Notes: generated by a model not told the origin, from the letters alone. Numbered from the stretch's first letter, positions 51,486 to 61,424 are shown. The stretch: DNA of 64,000 nucleotides from Dehalococcoidia bacterium (GCA_965249275.1 CBDFLQ010000007.1:288001-352000), one strand, 5' to 3'. Program-made: numbers and translations.

Positions 51486-52199
51486 ATGAACACCTTAGCC
51501 GAACTAAATGACAAGATAGTCTCCTGCACCCTATGCCCGAGACTCGTGCTGTGGCGTGAAGAAGTTGCCCGCACTAAGCGCAGGATGTATATGGACTGGG
51601 ACTACTGGGGCAGACCTGTCCCCGGCTTTGGTGACCCCGCCGCCCGAGTCCTGATCATAGGCTTGGCCCCGGCGGCTCATGGAGCCAACCGTACCGGTCG
51701 AGTCTTCACCGGCGACGACAGCGGCAACTGGCTCTACACCGCCCTGCACAATCAGGACTGGGCCAACAAGCCCATATCCACCCATCGCGGCGACGGACTC
51801 GCTCTCACCGACGCCTACGTCTCGGCAGTGGCCCGATGCGCCCCGCCCAAGAACCGCCCCACCCCCGAAGAGCTGTCGAACTGTGCCCCGTTCCTTGAGG
51901 CTGAGCTTGGCCTGCTCAAGAATCTGGAAGTAGTCATCGCCCTCGGCAGCATCGCCTTCGACCGGTTTCTCCGACTGTGGAAAAGCATGGGCAACCCCGT
52001 CCCGACCCCCAAGCCCCGCTTCGGCCACAACGTCGTCTACTACCTCCCACCTGGGTTGAAGCTGGTCACCTCCTACCACCCCAGCCGACAAAACACCCAG
52101 ACCGGCACCCTCACCCGCGAAATGCTCGACGCTGCCTTCACCACCGCCAAGTCCCTCCTCTCCCCTCCAATCCCCCCTCCTTCGATGGGAGATGGCTAG
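51486..52199 (+). CDS. udgB: uracil-DNA glycosylase family 5
   Basis: CTLCPRL, GLAPAAHGANRTGRVFTGD, SYHPS. Confidence 0.9.
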   Translation: MNTLAELNDKIVSCTLCPRLVLWREEVARTKRRMYMDWDYWGRPVPGFGDPAARVLIIGLAPAAHGANRTGRVFTGDDSGNWLYTALHNQDWANKPISTHRGDGLALTDAYVSAVARCAPPKNRPTPEELSNCAPFLEAELGLLKNLEVVIALGSIAFDRFLRLWKSMGNPVPTPKPRFGHNVVYYLPPGLKLVTSYHPSRQNTQTGTLTREMLDAAFTTAKSLLSPPIPPPSMGDG

Positions 52200-52422
52200 G
52201 GCCGTAGGCTCGCTGAGGAGAGTGAGGGTGATTCCCGCTAAGACTCACGCAGAACTCCCAACACAACTTTGGGGAAGCGGGGCCGTTCGTGCTGTCGAAG
52301 ATCCGCCTGAGGCGGGAGGCTCTCGAAGTATGAGCGGGGGGAGTCTGAAGGGCCAGGTATACCTTCAACCCACCCTCAAGCCTACTCACGAATTCAATTT
52401 CCGTGACCAACCTAGTTACCAT

Positions 52423-52452
52423 GTCATTCCGAGGCTCCGCGAGGAATCTAGG
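52423..52452. repeat. GTCATTCC-type REP-like palindrome
   Basis: GTCATTCCGAGGCTCCGCGAGGAATCTAGG; a related inverted copy is near 61363-61393. Confidence 0.6.
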
Positions 52453-52527
52453 ACTTGCGCCAGCACCTTTTGACCCCCAACCCTGTATAATTCTCATGGA
52501 CTTCCAAACACCCCCGAGGCTTAACAC

Positions 52528-53829
52528 ATGACTCACGGACACCTTTCCACCTTCCCCTCCACAACCGTAATCAACGATCAGGACCACCTGAACATCGGCG
52601 GCTGCGACCTCGTAGACCTCGCTCGCCAATTCGGCACCCCCCTCTACATTTTCGACGAGGTAACCCTCCGAAACATGTGCGCCCAGTTCCGCGATGAATT
52701 CGCCAACCGCTACCCCAACACCCAGGTACTCTACGCCAGTAAGGCCTACGTCAACCCCGCCCTCGCCCGTATATTTAACGAGGAAGGGCTCGGCTTGGAC
52801 GTCGTTTCCGGAGGTGAGCTCGCCGTCGCACAGGCCGCCGACTTCCCCGCCGATTTGGTCTACTTTCACGGCAACAACAAGGGCATCGACGAGTTGGAAG
52901 CCGCCCTCGACTGGGGCATCGGTCGCGTCGTAGTGGACAACCCCCGAGAGATGGACCTTATCGACGAAATGGCTCGTGCCAGGGGGAAGGTCCAGGATAT
53001 CTTGATTAGAGTCTCTCCGGGCGTCGACCCCCACACCCACAGCCACACAACCACCGGCATCCTCGACAGCAAGTTCGGCATCCCCATCGAGACCGGCTTA
53101 GCTGAGGAGGCCGTGAAAAAGGCCATGTCGGCGGACAACCTCCGGCTCGTGGGCCTCCATTTCCACCTCGGCTCCCCCATCTATGAGATCGAGCCTTACC
53201 GCACAGCCATAGACGTTACCATGTCCTTCGCTGCAGAAATGCAGGACCGCCACGGCCTTGAGATGCTCGAGTTCAGCCCCGGTGGCGGATTTGCCATCCA
53301 ATACACCGCCGACGAACCTCCCCCCGACGTATCCGAATACGCCGACGCAATCACCTCCGCAATCCTTGAGCGCACCCAGTCCCCGCCCCGCCTCCTCATC
53401 GAGCCCGGCAGGGCCATCGCCGGGCGCGCCGGTGTTGCCCTTTACAGCGTCGGCACGACGAAGGACGTGCCCGGCATCCGCAAATACGTCTCTGTAGATG
53501 GTGGAATGGGAGACAACATCAGGCCCGCGATTTACGGCTCCCGCTATGAGGCGATGGTCGCCAACCGAGCCTCCGCGCCTTCGGAAGAAACCGTCACCAT
53601 CGCAGGCAAGTTCTGCGAGTCCGGCGACATCCTCGTCGAAAACGTGGAGTTGCCTGTCGTGGACAGCCGGGACCTGATAGCCATTCCGGCTTCAGGGGCA
53701 TACTGCCTGGCGATGGCCTCCAACTACAACGCCGCCCCCCGTCCCCCCATAGTCCTCGTTAAGGACGGCGAGCCCCGTCTCATCCGGCGCCGGGAGACCT
53801 ACCAGGACCTCATGCTTTGCGATCTGTGA
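52528..53829 (+). CDS. lysA: diaminopimelate decarboxylase
   Basis: FGTPLY, YASKA, SKFG, HFHLGS, GGGF, EPGR, CESGD, GAY. Confidence 0.96.
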   Translation: MTHGHLSTFPSTTVINDQDHLNIGGCDLVDLARQFGTPLYIFDEVTLRNMCAQFRDEFANRYPNTQVLYASKAYVNPALARIFNEEGLGLDVVSGGELAVAQAADFPADLVYFHGNNKGIDELEAALDWGIGRVVVDNPREMDLIDEMARARGKVQDILIRVSPGVDPHTHSHTTTGILDSKFGIPIETGLAEEAVKKAMSADNLRLVGLHFHLGSPIYEIEPYRTAIDVTMSFAAEMQDRHGLEMLEFSPGGGFAIQYTADEPPPDVSEYADAITSAILERTQSPPRLLIEPGRAIAGRAGVALYSVGTTKDVPGIRKYVSVDGGMGDNIRPAIYGSRYEAMVANRASAPSEETVTIAGKFCESGDILVENVELPVVDSRDLIAIPASGAYCLAMASNYNAAPRPPIVLVKDGEPRLIRRRETYQDLMLCDL

Positions 53830-54872
53830 TCGACGCTAAAGCCTCCGGGACGGCTTCCCACATCCACGGCCATAACGGTGTTCTTACCCTACTGTACACA
53901 GCCGCGCAGGCCGACAGGCTTGCCCATGCTTACGTCTTGGTCGGGCCTCCCCACGTCGGCAAGATGACGGTAGCCGTCCACCTCGCTCAGCTGGTCAACT
54001 GCGAAGACCCGACACCTGGTCCCTGCGGCGCTTGCCGTCAATGCACACGTGTCGCAGCCGGCCACCACTCCGACGTTCAGGTAACGAGCCTTCCAACCAC
54101 TGAGGAAGGAGCCCTGGGAACACAGATCAGGATCGAGCAGGTGCGCGAGCTTCGCAGGCAGGCCAGCCTCCGCCCATACGAGGGCCGCACTCGGGTCTTC
54201 ATCATCCAGGATGCAGAGCTACTCACTAATGAAGCTGCCAACAGCCTGCTGAAGTACCTCGAAGAGCCGCCTCCAAATGTCCTGCTCCTCCTTCTCGCTG
54301 CAGATGAGGACGCCCTGCTCCCGACCGTCCTATCTCGCTGCCAGCGCATGGAGCTTAGGCCCGTGCCTTTTGTCTCCCTCCAGGACGTGCTGACCGCCAA
54401 CTACGGCATCGGCGAAGAGCAGGCTGCACTGATATCCCGACTCTCCGGCGGTTGCCCCGGTTGGGCCATCTCCGCTGTGGAGGACGAATCGGTCCTCGAA
54501 GCCCGGCTTACCGCCCTCGACGAGCAGATCGCTCTCGCCGAGGCCGACCTCGGGGCTCGTTTCCGTTTCGCCAACTCCCTTGGAAGCGCCTTCTATCGTG
54601 ACCGGCCCCGGGTCAGAGACGTTCTCGCCCTCTGCCAGTTATGGTGGATGGACCTCGCCCTCTGCGCCGCCGGCGTCCCCGACCATATCGTCAACATCCA
54701 CAGGATCGAACAGGTGGAGGCCCAATCTCAACTTGTTGGCGTCTCCGCCGCGCACGGATTCATAAAGGATGTGGCCCGTGCTCGGAACATGCTGGAACGC
54801 AATGTAATACCCCGCCTTGCTCTGGAATGGCTTATGCTCAAGATGCCCGCCGGGGCCCGACAGGCGGCCTAG
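53826..54872 (+). CDS. holB: DNA polymerase III delta-prime subunit
   Basis: HAYVLVGPPHVGK, PCGACRQC, AANSLLKYLEEPP, TVLSRC. Confidence 0.92.
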   Translation: MIDAKASGTASHIHGHNGVLTLLYTAAQADRLAHAYVLVGPPHVGKMTVAVHLAQLVNCEDPTPGPCGACRQCTRVAAGHHSDVQVTSLPTTEEGALGTQIRIEQVRELRRQASLRPYEGRTRVFIIQDAELLTNEAANSLLKYLEEPPPNVLLLLLAADEDALLPTVLSRCQRMELRPVPFVSLQDVLTANYGIGEEQAALISRLSGGCPGWAISAVEDESVLEARLTALDEQIALAEADLGARFRFANSLGSAFYRDRPRVRDVLALCQLWWMDLALCAAGVPDHIVNIHRIEQVEAQSQLVGVSAAHGFIKDVARARNMLERNVIPRLALEWLMLKMPAGARQAA

Positions 54873-54880
54873 GTGACTAA

Positions 54881-55123
54881 ATGGCTTCTATAGCAGGCGT
54901 AAGGCTCAAGAGATCGGCACCCGTGCTCTATTTCAACACGGGAAACCTGGAGTTCAACGTCAACGACATCGTAGTAGTCGAAACTGAGGATGGAGAGCGT
55001 CTCGCCCGCATCACCTTCACACCGGACCAACTCCTCCTCATTCAATTGAAAGAGCCTTCCGGGTCCGTTCTCAGGCTGGCAACCGAGGAAGATTTGAACG
55101 AGGGTTCATCGGCCCTGGTCTAA
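54881..55123 (+). CDS. short PSP1/RicT N-terminal-like protein
   Basis: GVRLK...YF...DIVVVETEDG...LRLATEED; follows holB. Confidence 0.7.
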   Translation: MASIAGVRLKRSAPVLYFNTGNLEFNVNDIVVVETEDGERLARITFTPDQLLLIQLKEPSGSVLRLATEEDLNEGSSALV

Positions 55124-55130
55124 GGCCTCC

Positions 55131-55649
55131 CTACCCCGGGACGAACTTCCGCCACTCGCCTCGAACGTTCAGGTAGGAGCCCAGGTCCCGGTATCTCCGC
55201 GATGGCGGCATCTTCGGCTCGCGCATCAGCTTCATGCCCGCCTGGGCAGGCGTGCGGCCCGCCTTCCTCAGGTTGCAAGGCACGCAGGCGCTCACGATGT
55301 TGTCCCAGGTGTGGACTCCACCCGCCCGCCGGGGCACGACGTGGTCCAACGTCAGATCGGGGACCTGCTTCCCGCAATACTGGCAAAAGTGCTTGTCCCT
55401 AACGAATACCTCTCGACGGGACAAACGGGGCGGCAGCATGGGTCGCTTGATCATATGCCCCAGCCTGATCACCGAGGGTAGAGCAAACACCGACGATTCG
55501 CTGCGCATGCCTCCCCGGCCGTTCTCCAGGGTCTCCGCCTTGCCTTTCAGCAGAAGCACTATGGCGCGGCGCAGGTTGCAGACGTTGAGCGGCTCGTAGT
55601 TCTGGTTGAGGACCAGGACGGCTTTTGGGGCCGGAATTGTGCGAGCCAT
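55131..55649 (-). CDS. HNH endonuclease
   Basis: LVLNQNYEPL, RDKHFCQYCG, TLDHVVP, ACVPCNLRK. Confidence 0.9.
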   Translation of the reverse strand: MARTIPAPKAVLVLNQNYEPLNVCNLRRAIVLLLKGKAETLENGRGGMRSESSVFALPSVIRLGHMIKRPMLPPRLSRREVFVRDKHFCQYCGKQVPDLTLDHVVPRRAGGVHTWDNIVSACVPCNLRKAGRTPAQAGMKLMREPKMPPSRRYRDLGSYLNVRGEWRKFVPG

Positions 55650-55677
55650 TCGATAAGGTCGCCTTCCAACTGGGCCA

Positions 55678-56352
55678 CTATGCGGATTGGCGTGATTCTA
55701 TCACACCCCCACCCCCCTGCAACCTCCCCCGAGACCACACCAGTACCGCCAAATATACTCCACCCATAGCTAACGCGCCCAACACGTCGCTCGGCCAATG
55801 GACTCCCAGGTACACCCTTGAGGTCGCCATAGCTGCTACTAGAAGCATAAGCCCGGCCTGCATTGCCTTTCTCAGCCCCGTGTACCGACCCCGCACCCCC
55901 GACAAAAGTATCGCCAGCGCCCCGAAGCAAACGACAGCAAACAGCACGTGCCCGCTGGGAAATCCATACGTCGTGAGCTCTTCCCGCACATCCAGTAGCG
56001 CCGGGTCGGGACGAGGGCTCGCCACTATCTGCTTGATCACCCAGTTCACCCCCAAGCTCACTAAGACCAGTACAACGAGCAGCGCGGCATCCGACCTCTG
56101 CTTTAGCACAACCAGGGCCAGACCTGCGCACACGGTTATGATCGACGCCGGAAACCACCACCCCACCCCCGACACCCCTCTCATCACTTCATCGAACAGT
56201 GGTATGGATATCGACTGCACCCACTCCGCAACCGCCAAGTCACCCGGCAACCATTCCAACTGCGCCGCGCTCACCGACAACCCCACCGCCGCCGCTATAA
56301 GGATGATTACAAACACATTGCGCCATGACCGTATCACCTCGGGTTGGGACAT
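55678..56352 (-). CDS. PAP2 family phosphatase
   Basis: KQIVASPRP, FPSGH, SRVYLGVHWPSD. Confidence 0.9.
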   Translation of the reverse strand: MSQPEVIRSWRNVFVIILIAAAVGLSVSAAQLEWLPGDLAVAEWVQSISIPLFDEVMRGVSGVGWWFPASIITVCAGLALVVLKQRSDAALLVVLVLVSLGVNWVIKQIVASPRPDPALLDVREELTTYGFPSGHVLFAVVCFGALAILLSGVRGRYTGLRKAMQAGLMLLVAAMATSRVYLGVHWPSDVLGALAMGGVYLAVLVWSRGRLQGGGGVIESRQSA

Positions 56353-56520
56353 GGGCCAAATAATACACTTCCATGACCGTGCAGGCCGAGATAGATGGCC
56401 ACCGACTGTACTTAACCCCACATTATGTAACGCTCTGCACGCCTGAGATTGCCTAAATCGGCAGTCCGTTGTTTACTTATATAGGAGCGCCGCGTCCGTC
56501 AACACATAAGGAAACAAACA

Positions 56521-57861
56521 TTGCTTGAGTCCCTAACCGAAAAGTTAACATCCATACTCAAACGCCTCGAAGGCAGGGCCCGACTCACCGAGGAGATCAT
56601 CAACGAGGCCCTCCGCGAAGTCCGCCTCGCTCTCCTCGAAGCCGACGTCAATTTCAAGGTCGTCAAGACCTTCGTCTCGACTGTCAAGGAACGCTGCCTA
56701 ACAGCGGAAGTCCTCGAGGCCGTCACTCCTTCCCAGCAGATCCTCGCAATAGTCCACGAGGAGCTAACCAACATCCTCGGCGCTGAGGGCCACGGCCTTG
56801 AGTCTGCTGACACTGCCCCCGGCGTCATTCTACTGGCAGGCCTCCAGGGCTCAGGTAAGACCACCACTGCCGCCAAGCTGGCCCTCCAGCTTAGGCGCGA
56901 CGGTAAGTCTGCCCTCCTCGTCGCCGCCGACCTCCAACGCCCAGCTGCGATCGACCAGCTCGTGTCCCTTGGCAAGCAGCTGAGTGTACCCGTCTATAGC
57001 GAACCCCCGGACTCCGACCCCATAGACGTATCCAAGCACGGCCTTCAAGAGGCCCGGGACCTGAATGTCGATTGGGTAATCGTCGACACCGCGGGACGCC
57101 TCAATATCGACGACGATCTTATGGAGCAGCTGTCCCGTATCAAAAAAGCCGTCTCGCCCACAGAGTCCCTCCTCGTCGTAGACTCCATGACCGGCCAGGA
57201 GGCCGTAAGTGTCGCCGAAGAGTTCAACAAGCGAATCGGGCTGACCGGCCTGATTCTCACGAAGATGGACGGCGACGCCCGAGGCGGAGCGGCCCTGTCC
57301 GTCACCTCCGTTACAGGTGTGCCAATCAAGTTCATCGGCGTCGGCGAAAAGGCGGACGCCCTCGAACCCTACCATCCGGACAGGCTTGCCTCCCGGATCC
57401 TTGGCATGGGAGACGTCCAGACCCTCGTCGAAAAAGCCAAGCTCAGCATGGACGAGGCCCGGGCCAGGGAGATGGAGCGCAAGATGCGCAACGCCACCTT
57501 CACCCTGGAGGACTTCCTGGAGCAGATGCACCAGCTCCGGGAGATGGGCGGCCTGGGTCAGGTCCTCGACATGATCCCCGGCATTGGCAAGCTCAAAAAC
57601 CGCATCGGACCCGGAGACCTGGACGACGACAAGCTCAACAAGACCGAGGCCATCATCCTCTCCATGACCCCGGAAGAGCGCCAGAACCCCAGCCTAATTG
57701 GGGGCAGCAGGAAGCGCCGCATTTGCAAGGGAAGCGGTACTCTGCCCCAGGACGTGAACCAGCTCCTAAACCAGTTCCGCCAGATGCAGAAGATGATGAA
57801 GGCCATGGCCGGCACAAAGTCCCGCCTCCGCGGCCAACAGATGGCCCAGCTGTTCAGGTAG
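56521..57861 (+). CDS. ffh: signal recognition particle protein
   Basis: ALLEADV, GLQGSGKTT, DTAGR, TKMDGDARGG, Met-rich M domain. Confidence 0.97.
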   Translation: MLESLTEKLTSILKRLEGRARLTEEIINEALREVRLALLEADVNFKVVKTFVSTVKERCLTAEVLEAVTPSQQILAIVHEELTNILGAEGHGLESADTAPGVILLAGLQGSGKTTTAAKLALQLRRDGKSALLVAADLQRPAAIDQLVSLGKQLSVPVYSEPPDSDPIDVSKHGLQEARDLNVDWVIVDTAGRLNIDDDLMEQLSRIKKAVSPTESLLVVDSMTGQEAVSVAEEFNKRIGLTGLILTKMDGDARGGAALSVTSVTGVPIKFIGVGEKADALEPYHPDRLASRILGMGDVQTLVEKAKLSMDEARAREMERKMRNATFTLEDFLEQMHQLREMGGLGQVLDMIPGIGKLKNRIGPGDLDDDKLNKTEAIILSMTPEERQNPSLIGGSRKRRICKGSGTLPQDVNQLLNQFRQMQKMMKAMAGTKSRLRGQQMAQLFR

Positions 57862-58050
57862 TCAGTCCGGGCTTCGGCTCGTATTTCGTGAGCGTGCTCC
57901 ATTTGGGAGCAGCGAAGTGAGCGCGCAAGTCCTACATTCCAACTCAGGGCCCGGAATGACGGTAATGCAAAGGTCTCGCCTCGGCGGACCCTCCAGAGGC
58001 GGGTGTTCCACTTTAAGCGCGAGGCTTCGGCATGACACGGGGGAGGGGCC

Positions 58051-58365
58051 TTAGAGATTCAGCTCTTCCACCCGTGTCGGGCGCTCTAACCTGTAGTCGA
58101 GGCGCTTGATCGAGCCGCGGCCCTTGACATACGGGACAATGCGCGCATCGAATGCGATTGTGCTCCGAGCGGGTATGGGAGAGCTCCACTTGCCTTCCTG
58201 AAACCAGACGTGGTCCGTAAGCTGTACGCCTGTCTCCGAATCTTGTATCTCGGCCAGCATGATGTGGCCGAGATGTCTATTCCGCTTTTTCAATACGGCG
58301 GTGAACCGAGCTCGCTTGCCTACGAGCTTTTCAAGCGCCTTTCTGTATCCCTTAGCTCTTCTCAA
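58051..58365 (-). CDS. small basic hypothetical protein
   Basis: 104-aa ORF with GGAGGA RBS; TDHVWF, probably beta-rich. Confidence 0.55.
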   Translation of the reverse strand: MRRAKGYRKALEKLVGKRARFTAVLKKRNRHLGHIMLAEIQDSETGVQLTDHVWFQEGKWSSPIPARSTIAFDARIVPYVKGRGSIKRLDYRLERPTRVEELNL

Positions 58366-58771
58366 CTATTCCTCCAAAATGCACCGTTATGAAACCCCTC
58401 GGTCTCCACCTGCTTATGCTTCGGGGGAGCCGGGATGAGTGGCCGCTCCCGTGGAGGGCTTCACACCAGAGGGACACTTTCGGACTGATCGGGGCCGGGG
58501 GCTATCCTAGCCATTACGTTCTTGAGTGCGTCCAACGGGGTCAGGGTGGGCGGGGGCGGCCTCTGGCGGTGCGGCGGGGGGTTTGGGAGCCGGGTGCGAG
58601 GTCATCGTGCGGGACAGATGCACGGCTCGGTGCGTCTTGCTGAGGAGGATTTTCCGGTTGCGGCGTCTTTGATGACAGGCGCGATTCTTCACGGGGATGG
58701 ATTTCCGCACGCCACGGCGCACGCCCATGCGCATCTTCGACATCTGCGACACCTACGACCTCCGCAGGAAT

Positions 58772-59827
58772 TGTGGATGTCAGGTAATTCGTTGACAGAA
58801 TTAGAGGGATTTAAGGGTCTCCAAAGGGGTCTTTCCGTCCATTGCCTGGTGGGGTCTCTGAGTATTGTAGTAGATCAGGTATTGCTGAAGCTCGTCCTTC
58901 AGTTCCGAGACCGATTCGAAGGTTGTCCCCTCCAGCAGGTCCTCGTTCAAGGTTCTCCAGAACCGTTCTATCTTCCCGTTGGTCTGGGGCCTATAAGGGC
59001 GGGTGTAGCGGTGCTTTATGCCCAGTTCATTGAGCATCCGTTCCATGGGGTGGCCCTCGGTGTTCCTTGGGGAGGCCATCTCGGGGCCGTTGTCGGTGAG
59101 GATAGCCTCGAATTGGATGCCGTACTCCGCATTGAGGAAGTTGATGGACTTCAATACAGCAAACATAACGGAGAGACTCTTGATGTCTCCGACCACTTCG
59201 GCCCAGGCCAGACGGGTGTAGGCGTCGATGAGGCCCACCAGGTAGTAGCGGTGCTTGGTGCCCACGATGGTATCCCGGCTGAGGTAGTGGCTGTCCAGGT
59301 GGCCCAGCTCTCCTGCCCGGGTCTTGATGATCTTGCGCTTCGATTGCTGCATCGGCTTTGTGAGCCTATTGAAACCGTGGCGTCTGGTGATGGCGTAGAT
59401 GGTGGAGGGCTTAGGGGTGTTGTGTTTAAGGATGGGTTTGAGTATGGCATAGATCTCGTAACGGTTGGTACCGTTAAGGCGCTCGTTGATGACCTTCTGC
59501 TCAATGTAGGGCAGGGTGCGGCGGGACTTCCACCCGGGACCCCGCTTACGGGGGAGGAAGGCGTTGTCGGAGGGGGAGAGGAGGAATCGGTTGTAGTACT
59601 TGGCAAAGGTCTGACGGCTGGTGCCGTGGAAGGAGTAGAAGTCCTGGGCGAAGCGGAAACGGGGATGCTTCCCTGCCTTGACCAGTTGATACTCATGGAT
59701 GAGGAACCGCCACTTCTGAATGTAGTTCCGTTCAAGGGTGAGATCCTTGCTATTGTCTCGCATTCTCGCCTCCAGATTGGTGTTGGCCTCTTATACCAAT
59801 CTGTCAACGAATTACCTAACACTTACA
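58772..59827 (-). mobile_element. IS481-family insertion sequence
   Basis: TGT...ACA ends; 28-bp terminal inverted repeat TGTnnnTGTyAGGTAATTCGTTGACAGA (24/28); GGAAT duplicated at 58767-58771 and 59828-59832. Confidence 0.92.
58801..59763 (-). CDS. IS481-family DDE transposase
   Basis: GHLDS, LTDNGPE, RPYRPQTNGKIERFWRTL, YNTQRPH. Confidence 0.93.
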   Translation of the reverse strand: MRDNSKDLTLERNYIQKWRFLIHEYQLVKAGKHPRFRFAQDFYSFHGTSRQTFAKYYNRFLLSPSDNAFLPRKRGPGWKSRRTLPYIEQKVINERLNGTNRYEIYAILKPILKHNTPKPSTIYAITRRHGFNRLTKPMQQSKRKIIKTRAGELGHLDSHYLSRDTIVGTKHRYYLVGLIDAYTRLAWAEVVGDIKSLSVMFAVLKSINFLNAEYGIQFEAILTDNGPEMASPRNTEGHPMERMLNELGIKHRYTRPYRPQTNGKIERFWRTLNEDLLEGTTFESVSELKDELQQYLIYYNTQRPHQAMDGKTPLETLKSL

Positions 59828-60552
59828 GGAATGACGGTTAAGCCATCGCGGTGAGGCTCTTCGTCGGGTGGGGTGTCGGGGAGGGGATTGCTCTCCGACT
59901 TCTCGGGAATGACGGTTAAGGTGGGCGGGGGTTCGCCGTATGGTAGCGGGTCATAATCTGGGCAATGGTCATCATCGGGGTCTTCGTCATCGGGATCTTC
60001 TTCGTCGGGGTCGGGGAAAGGGCCGGGATAGTACTTCAAAATAAATCTGTCCATGTCTTCCACCTCGGCGGTCAAGGCCTCGTTCTCCACTAGCCGTTCG
60101 GTTTCTTCCTGGGGCCACGGCTCATCGGGGTCTATGAGACCGTAGCGCCATCTGGTCTCCAGGGAGAGGAGCTGCCTCCAGGGCCACCATTTCTCGCCGG
60201 GTTTCGCCATGCGGACGGGGACTATGTCGTGGAAATCGAGGTTGCCATTGTCCACGTAGTCCTGGAAGACCTTCTTGATGAGGGCGTCGATCTGCTCCTG
60301 GTCGGTGAGTTTACGGGGCATTCGGGAGTTGGCGGGGAGGGACCTGGCGAGGATGCGGAGGTAGCGGGAGACCTGGACGTGGTCGATGGGGCGCTTGCTC
60401 AAGAGGCGGTTGGTCAGGGAGCGAAGGAGGGCGATTTCGCCTTCCATGCCGGGGCTGTCGGGAGACAGGGGGGGCAGGGAAGGGCTGACAGTGGCGAGGG
60501 AGCGGCGGCGATGGGGCCGTCGGCCTCTGACGTGTCCACTGCGCCCGACGGG

Positions 60553-60830
60553 GCGGGTATTCTTCCGCGGCGCATTGCCGCAGGCATCCGCTTCTGCGCC
60601 AAGGGCAGCAGTGCGGGTTTTCTTCCGCGGCGCATTGCCGCAGGCATCCGCTTCTGCGCCAAGGGCAACAGTGCGGGATTTCTTCCGCGGCGCATTGCCG
60701 CAGGCATCCGCTTCTGCGCCAGGGGCGGCAGTGCGGGATTTCTTCCGCGGCGCATTGCCGCAGGCATCCACTTCTACGCCGAGCACGGCGGAGCGGGCAT
60801 TCTTCCGCGGCGCATTGCCGCAGGCATCCG
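60553..60830. repeat. 60-bp-period tandem repeat, five copies, in frame (20 aa)
   Basis: invariant TTCTTCCGCGGCGCATTGCCGCAGGCATCC at 60560, 60620, 60680, 60740, 60800. Confidence 0.95.
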
Positions 60831-60954
60831 CGAGGGGATCGGGCTGGGGGTGCAGACCAACCGCCTCTTGAGCAGGCGCCCCGACGGTGAGTCGGGGAGA
60901 GGGGTTTGACAAAGGTTTGTTTTGTGTTTTGGATGGGGACATGGACTGAACAGG

Positions 60955-60984
60955 ATAATAGAACGTGTGTACTGTTTGAGTCAA
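60955..60984 (-). promoter_or_regulatory. sigma70 promoter with LexA-like box
   Basis: TTGACT-N18-TATTAT with GTAC-ACAC-GTTC abutting the -10. Confidence 0.55.
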
Positions 60985-61067
60985 GGGGTCCGTGTCACAT
61001 TTGGGGAGGGGGAGCCTTCCCGTGTTACGCTGCGGGAGCAAATCGACGCTGCACTTTCACGGTGGAA

Positions 61068-61395
61068 CCCTCACCCCCTTGATCCCCCTCTCACGCCACA
61101 GGCGCATCTTCGACCCTTAGGGCCTGTAAGGGAGAGGGGGAGATAAGAACAGAGGCCCGCATTGGCGCAGAGCGCCAATGCGGGCCTCTAGTTCAGTACT
61201 GGGGGAAAGGGGGGAGGGAACAGCTTCACGCTCGACGCTTGCCTTTGACGGGGCTCAGGATGAACGACCCAAGGGATGGATTCCCGATCGGAGTCGGGAA
61301 TGACGGAATAAGGGGAAGGCGGCCGGTCGCCCTACGGAAGGGAGAGGAGACAGGAGCCCCGCCCTAGATTCCTCGCGGGGTTTCGGAATGACAGA
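61068..61395. repeat. cluster of REP-like palindromes
   Basis: perfect 18-bp stem at 61151-61189; GGATTCCCGATCGGAGTCGGGAATGAC; CGGCCGGTCGCCCTAC; TAGATTCCTCGCGGGGTTTCGGAATGAC. Confidence 0.7.
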
Positions 61396-61424
61396 GCAAA
61401 TTGTGGACTCGGGATGAAGGGCTT

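Larger units (their letters stand above)
58541..60942 (-). pseudogene. repeat-containing hypothetical gene interrupted near its 3' end by IS481
   Basis: ORF from ATG 60942 stops inside the IS end; removing the IS plus one GGAAT restores the frame to TGA 58541. Confidence 0.65.

Noticed and set aside
52200-52527. lysine riboswitch upstream of lysA
   Set aside because: No L-box consensus; the region holds REP-like palindromes and a TATAAT close to the gene
55131-55649. HNH gene as a mobile or defence element
   Set aside because: Host-like composition, no flanking repeats or partner genes; it resembles a widespread stand-alone HNH family
57862-58050. SRP RNA next to ffh
   Set aside because: The conserved CAGG-N-GRAA-N-AGCAG domain IV is absent
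58522-59841. 439-aa plus-strand ORF and the many other long antisense ORFs (e.g. 435-1355, 35671-36774, 52138-53046)
   Set aside because: Shadow frames opposite well-supported genes in GC-rich DNA, with no recognisable motifs
60553-60830. CRISPR array
   Set aside because: The spacers are clearly homologous to each other, the period is an exact codon multiple inside an ORF, and no cas genes are present
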